From assembly GCA_963667785.2 (NCBI GenBank), contig CAXXMU010000005.1:64001-128000 (forward strand): a DNA stretch of 64,000 nt, given 5' to 3'. The notes below the pieces were generated by a model, which ran no database searches, had not been told where the DNA came from, and was given only the letters and a program-made list of their open reading frames with translations. This document shows positions 59,297 to 64,000 of the stretch, piece by piece (within the stretch, counting starts at the first letter, position 1; every line of letters starts with the position of its first letter). Source of the DNA: Alphaproteobacteria bacterium. Lineage in GTDB: Bacteria > Pseudomonadota > Alphaproteobacteria > UBA828. The translations under genes were made by a program, and so were the position numbers.

Positions 59297-60100
59297 TTGG
59301 ACGGGCTCGTCATCGACAATGTCTCGATGGTCTTCACCTTGCCGAACGGCGGCCAGGTCCATGCCCTCGAAGACGTCTCGCTGCACCTGAAGCCCGGCGA
59401 ACTGATGGCCGTGCTGGGCCCTTCCGGGTGCGGCAAGACCACGCTGCTCAACATCGTCGGCGGATTCCTGGCGCCCACAGCAGGCCAGGCGCTCCTCAAC
59501 GGCCATCAGGTGACGGGCCCGCACAAGGAGCGCGGCGTCGTGTTCCAGCAGGGTGCGCTGTTCGAATGGATGACGGTCGCCCAGAACGTGAGCTTCGGCC
59601 CCCGCATGTGCGGGGTGCCGCGCGCCGAGATCAAGCAGACGGTCCGGCGCCTGCTCGACACCGTGGCGCTGCGGGACTTCGCCGACAAGCCGGTCTACCA
59701 GCTCTCGGGCGGCATGCAGCAGCGCGTGGCGCTGGCGCGGTGCCTCGCGAACGATCCGGACGTGATCCTGATGGACGAGCCGCTCGGCGCGCTCGACGCG
59801 CTGACCCGCGAGAAGATGCAAGGGCTCGTGCTCAAGCTGTGGAAGGAGACCGGCAAGACCATCATCCTGATCACCCATTCCGTCGAGGAGGCCCTCTTCC
59901 TCGGCGAGCGCCTGGTGGTCATGGCGCCGCGCCCGGGGCGCATCCACAAGGAGTACGCCCTCCCCTTCGCCGAGCAGGGGGTCAAGGGGGACGCACGCTC
60001 GATCAAGGCCCAGCCCGACTTCATCGCCGCCCGCGAAGAGATCCTCTCCATGATCTGGGAGATGGAGGAGGAGATCATGAGCGGCGCGGACGTGGGCTGA
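59297..60100 (+). CDS. tauB: Taurine/sulfonate ABC ATPase
   Basis: GPSGCGKTT, ERGVVFQ, LSGGMQQR, MDEPLGALDALTRE; TTG start inferred. Confidence 0.85.
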   Translation: MDGLVIDNVSMVFTLPNGGQVHALEDVSLHLKPGELMAVLGPSGCGKTTLLNIVGGFLAPTAGQALLNGHQVTGPHKERGVVFQQGALFEWMTVAQNVSFGPRMCGVPRAEIKQTVRRLLDTVALRDFADKPVYQLSGGMQQRVALARCLANDPDVILMDEPLGALDALTREKMQGLVLKLWKETGKTIILITHSVEEALFLGERLVVMAPRPGRIHKEYALPFAEQGVKGDARSIKAQPDFIAAREEILSMIWEMEEEIMSGADVG

Positions 60101-60110
60101 CGGGCGGGAC

Positions 60111-61019
60111 ATGGCGAAGCGCAAGCAACCCCCGCGCTGGGGCGTCTGGCTCGGCATCGCGGACAACAGCTTCACCCGGCAGAAGACCGTCAAATTCGGC
60201 GACGCGTCCGCGGTGAACTCGGGCCGCCTGTGGTCGGTGCTCACCCTGATCATCCTGATCCTGGCGTGGTGGATCGCGACCATCGGCGGGATCATCGATC
60301 CCCTCTTCTGGCCGCCGCTGGAAGGCAGCCTCTATCCCTGGGACAACCCCAACCGGGCCAGGCCCGGCGTCGTCGACCGCTTCGTCAGCCTCTTCGTCGA
60401 CGGCTACCGCAACATCTCGCTCTGGGAGCATGTCGGCACCTCGGTCAAACGGGTGCTCCTCGGCGTGGTCATCGGCGCGCTGGTGGGCATCCCGCTTGGC
60501 TTCGCCATGGGCCTGAACTCGGTGGCGCGCGGGCTATTCGACCCGATCGTCGAGTTCATCCGCCCCATTCCGCCGCTCGCGCTCATCCCGCTGGTGATCC
60601 TGTGGCTGGGGATCGACGAGGTGGCCAAGATCTTCCTGCTCTTCCTGGCGGCGCTCTTCATCATGCTGATCGCCGCCCGCGCGGGCGTGAACTCGGTGCA
60701 GATCTCCAAGGTCCACGCGGCCTATTCGCTGGGCGCCTCCAAGTTCCAGGTGCTGCGCTACGTCATCCTGCCGAACGCGCTGCCGGAAATCTTCACGGGC
60801 CTGCGCACCTCCATGGGCGTCTGCTGGGGAACGCTGGTCGCCGCCGAGCTGGTGGCGGCGGACCAGGGTGTCGGCTCGATGATGATGATCGCCAAGAACT
60901 TCCTGCAGACCGACGTGGTGGTGATCGGGATCATCATCATCGGCGCGATCGGCTTCGCCATCGAGATCTTCATGCGCATGCTCGAGGCATGGCTGATCCC
61001 CTGGAAGGGGAAGGGGTGA
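60111..61019 (+). CDS. tauC: Taurine/sulfonate ABC permease
   Basis: RPIPPLALIPL, AAYSLGAS, LPEIFTGLR, LVAAELV. Confidence 0.85.
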   Translation: MAKRKQPPRWGVWLGIADNSFTRQKTVKFGDASAVNSGRLWSVLTLIILILAWWIATIGGIIDPLFWPPLEGSLYPWDNPNRARPGVVDRFVSLFVDGYRNISLWEHVGTSVKRVLLGVVIGALVGIPLGFAMGLNSVARGLFDPIVEFIRPIPPLALIPLVILWLGIDEVAKIFLLFLAALFIMLIAARAGVNSVQISKVHAAYSLGASKFQVLRYVILPNALPEIFTGLRTSMGVCWGTLVAAELVAADQGVGSMMMIAKNFLQTDVVVIGIIIIGAIGFAIEIFMRMLEAWLIPWKGKG

Positions 61020-61092
61020 TGTCCGGGAACCAGGCAGCCCCCGTGCGGCCGCAGCGCGGGACCGAAACGAACAGGAACAGGAACGTATCGCC

Positions 61093-62859
61093 ATGAGAAT
61101 GACGACCGAAGAGGCCTTCGTGAAGGTCCTGCAGCGACACGGAATCGAGCACGTGTTCGGCATCATCGGCTCCGCCTTCATGCCGATATCGGACCTGTTC
61201 CCGAAGGCCGGGATTACCTTCTGGGACGTGGCGCACGAGAGCAACGCGGGCTTCATGTGCGACGGCTACACCCGCGCCAGCGGCAAGATCGCCATGTGCA
61301 TCGGCCAGAACGGCCCCGGCATCACCAACCTCGTGACCCCGGTGAAGACCGCCTACTGGAACCACACGCCGCTGCTGCTGGTGACGCCCCAGGCGGCCAA
61401 CAAGACCATCGGCCAGGGCGGCTTCCAGGAAGTGCCGCAGATGGCGCTGTTCGAGGAGATGGTCTGCTACCAGGAGGAGGTGCGCGATGCCTCCCGCATG
61501 GCCGAGGTCCTCAACCGGGTGATCGAGAATGCGGTGCGCCAGTCGGCGCCGGCGCAGATCAACGTGCCGCGCGATCTCTGGACCCAGGAGGTCGATATCG
61601 CGCTGCCGCCGATCGTGCACCTGGAGCGCGCCGCGGGCGGCGAGGAGTCGGTCGCGGAGGCCGCGCGGCTGCTCTCGGAAGCCCGCTTCCCGGTGATCCT
61701 CTCCGGCGGCGGCGTGGTGATCGGAGACGCGATCGACGAATGCCGGGCGCTCGCCGAGCGCCTCGACGCCCCGGTCTGCTCCGGCTACCAGCACAACGAC
61801 AGCTTCCCCGGCTCGCACCCGCTCGCCGCAGGCCCACTCGGCTACAACGGCTCCAAGGCGGCGATGGAGCTGATCGCGCAGGCCGACGTGGTGCTGGCGC
61901 TGGGCACGCGCCTCAACCCGTTCTCGACGCTGCCGGGCTACGGCATCGACTACTGGCCGAGGGACGCGGCGGTCATCCAGGTGGACATGAACCCGGACCG
62001 CATCGGCCTGACCAAGATGGTCACGGTCGGCATCTGCGGCGACGCGAAGAAGGTGGCGGGGCAGCTTCTCCAACAACTCTCCCGCAGCGCAGGCGATGCC
62101 GGCCGCGAAGAGCGCCGGGCCGCGATCCACCGCACCCGCTCCGCCTGGCTCCAGACCCTTGCCGGCATGGACCACGAGGACGACGATCCGGGCACCACCT
62201 GGAACGTGGACGCGCGGACGCGGGAGCCGGACCGGATGTCGGCACGGATGGCGTGGCGCGCGATCCAGGACGGCCTGCCGAAGGACGCCATCATCTCGTC
62301 CGACATCGGCAACAACTGCGCCATCGGCAACGCCTATCCGACCTTCGAGGAGGGGCGCAAGTACCTGGCGCCCGGCCTCTTCGGCCCCTGCGGCTACGGC
62401 TTTCCCGCCATCCTCGGGGCCAAGATCGGCTGCCCGGACGTGCCGGTCGTCGGTTTCGCCGGCGACGGCGCCTTCGGCATCTCCATGAACGAGATGACCT
62501 CCTGCGGGCGCGAGGGATGGCCCGCGATCACCATGGTGGTCTTCCGGAACTATCAGTGGGGCGCGGAGAAGCGGAACTCGATCCTCTGGTACGACAACAA
62601 CTTCGTCGGCACCGAGCTCAACCCCGACCTGAGCTACGCCAGGGTCGCGGACGCCTGCGGGCTGAAGGGCGTGGCGGTGAGCACCATGGAGGAGCTGACG
62701 ACGGCACTCCGCGAGTCGTGCGCGGCGCAGGCAGACGGCGTCACCACCTTCATCGAGGTCATCCTCAATCAGGAGCTGGGCGAGCCCTTCCGCCGCGATG
62801 CCATGAAGAAGCCCAACGTCGTGGCCGGCATCGAGGGCGGCGACATGCACCCCCAGTAG
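61093..62859 (+). CDS. xsc: Sulfoacetaldehyde acetyltransferase
   Basis: MTTEEAFVKVL..FGIIGSA, AYWNHTP, GDGAFG ThDP motif, QWGAEKRN, ELGEPFRRDAM. Confidence 0.95.
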   Translation: MRMTTEEAFVKVLQRHGIEHVFGIIGSAFMPISDLFPKAGITFWDVAHESNAGFMCDGYTRASGKIAMCIGQNGPGITNLVTPVKTAYWNHTPLLLVTPQAANKTIGQGGFQEVPQMALFEEMVCYQEEVRDASRMAEVLNRVIENAVRQSAPAQINVPRDLWTQEVDIALPPIVHLERAAGGEESVAEAARLLSEARFPVILSGGGVVIGDAIDECRALAERLDAPVCSGYQHNDSFPGSHPLAAGPLGYNGSKAAMELIAQADVVLALGTRLNPFSTLPGYGIDYWPRDAAVIQVDMNPDRIGLTKMVTVGICGDAKKVAGQLLQQLSRSAGDAGREERRAAIHRTRSAWLQTLAGMDHEDDDPGTTWNVDARTREPDRMSARMAWRAIQDGLPKDAIISSDIGNNCAIGNAYPTFEEGRKYLAPGLFGPCGYGFPAILGAKIGCPDVPVVGFAGDGAFGISMNEMTSCGREGWPAITMVVFRNYQWGAEKRNSILWYDNNFVGTELNPDLSYARVADACGLKGVAVSTMEELTTALRESCAAQADGVTTFIEVILNQELGEPFRRDAMKKPNVVAGIEGGDMHPQ

Positions 62860-63833
62860 TGGACATCGTCGAGCGCCTCGTCGCGCAGGCGAAACAGCGT
62901 CGGCGCACCGTCGTCCTGCCGGAGGGCGACGATGCGAGGATCGTCGAAGCGGCGAGGCGCCTGCACGAGGGCGGCATCGCCCGCCCCATCCTGATCGGCG
63001 AGCACACGGCGCTGGAAGACGCCGCCGCATCGGCCGGCGTATCGCTCGACGCCATCGAGAGCGTGGCGCCGGCCGAGAGCGGGGCACTCGATGCCTACGC
63101 GACGCTCTACCTGGAAGGCCGACCGAAGGCGCGCGACGGGGTGGCGCGGCGCCTGCTGGCGAAGCCGCTCTTCTACGCGGCAATGGCGGTGAAGGCGGGC
63201 GATGCCGATGCGCTGGTGGCCGGCGCGACCCAGCCGACGGCGCGCATCATCGAGGCCGGGCTGATGTCGGTGGGGCTCGCGGACGGCATCGCAACGCCGT
63301 CCAGCTTCTTCATCATGGTGCCCCGCGCAGACGGCGAGCCCCTCGTCTTCGCCGACTGCGCGGTCAACGTCGAGCCGGACGCGGATGCGCTCGCGGACAT
63401 CGCCATCGCGTCCGCCGGGAGCGCCAAGCGCCTGCTCGGGACGCCCGCACGGGTGGCGATGCTCTCGTTCTCCACCCATGGCAGCGCCAGGCACGCGCGG
63501 GTCGAGAGGGTCCGCCGCGCCGTGGAGATCGTGCGCGAACGGGCGCCGGACATCGCGATCGACGGCGAGCTCCAGGCGGATGCGGCGCTCGTGCCGCGCG
63601 TGGCTGCGCTCAAGACCACCGGCCAGAACGACGTGGCGGGCAGGGCCAACGTCCTCGTCTTCCCGGATCTCGACTCCGGCAATATCGGCTACAAGCTCTG
63701 CGAGCATCTGGGCCAGATGCGTGCGATCGGCCCCTTCCTGCAGGGCTTCGCGCGGCCGGTGTGCGACCTCTCGCGCGGGGCGACGGTGGACGACATCGTG
63801 GCCGCCGCGGCGATCACCGCGGCGATGGCGTGA
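62859..63833 (+). CDS. pta: Phosphate acetyltransferase
   Basis: VLPEG, FADCAVN, LSFST, DGELQADAA, FPDLDSGNIGYK, DLSRG. Confidence 0.93.
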   Translation: MDIVERLVAQAKQRRRTVVLPEGDDARIVEAARRLHEGGIARPILIGEHTALEDAAASAGVSLDAIESVAPAESGALDAYATLYLEGRPKARDGVARRLLAKPLFYAAMAVKAGDADALVAGATQPTARIIEAGLMSVGLADGIATPSSFFIMVPRADGEPLVFADCAVNVEPDADALADIAIASAGSAKRLLGTPARVAMLSFSTHGSARHARVERVRRAVEIVRERAPDIAIDGELQADAALVPRVAALKTTGQNDVAGRANVLVFPDLDSGNIGYKLCEHLGQMRAIGPFLQGFARPVCDLSRGATVDDIVAAAAITAAMA

Positions 63834-63837
63834 GGGT

Positions 63838-64000
63838 TTATCCCCGCTCCTCGATGGGGACGTAGTCGCGGGCCTCGGGCCCGGTGTAGAGCAGGCGCGG
63901 GCGGATCAGGATGTTGTTCTCGAGCTGCTCCATCGCCTGCACCGTCCACCCAGGAATCCGGCCGATGGCGAAGATCGGCACGAACAGATCCTCCGGGATC
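63838..64000 (-). CDS. Citrate/methylcitrate synthase family, C-terminal part (truncated by window edge)
   Basis: IPEDLFVPIFAIGRIPGW...LIRPRLLYTGPEARDYVPIEERG*. Confidence 0.8.
   Translation of the reverse strand, partial: IPEDLFVPIFAIGRIPGWTVQAMEQLENNILIRPRLLYTGPEARDYVPIEERG

Overview
A very GC-rich alphaproteobacterial chromosome segment, probably Rhodospirillales-like (inferred from engB-argB, ispDF-pgpA-cinA and rlmB/tRNA-tuf-secE-nusG-rplKAJL-rpoBC synteny; the taxon cannot be fixed from sequence alone). Housekeeping blocks (argB, panBC, queG, ispDF, four tRNAs, tuf, ribosomal proteins, rpoBC) alternate with catabolic modules: an atypical urease cluster, a branched-chain-type ABC transporter with oxidoreductases, and a LacI-linked tauABC-xsc-pta sulfonate operon. 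No integrase, transposase or CRISPR array is visible. Main highlights: (1) an in-frame ~72-aa SH3b-like insertion in RpoB just after the gate-loop region; (2) a urease-like enzyme with intact metal ligands but a remodelled substrate loop, next to a CodA-like amidohydrolase lacking the usual catalytic Glu/Asp; (3) a two-gene cassette (nucleotidyltransferase-like domain fused to an NDP-kinase-like domain, plus a kinase-fold protein) bracketed by inverted copies of a palindromic repeat; (4) a metzincin plus TbpB-like-barrel lipoprotein behind tRNA-Thr; (5) two families of CTAG-ended palindromic elements whose ends coincide with stop codons; (6) a covarying hairpin array after argB. All family assignments come from motif recognition, not database searches.
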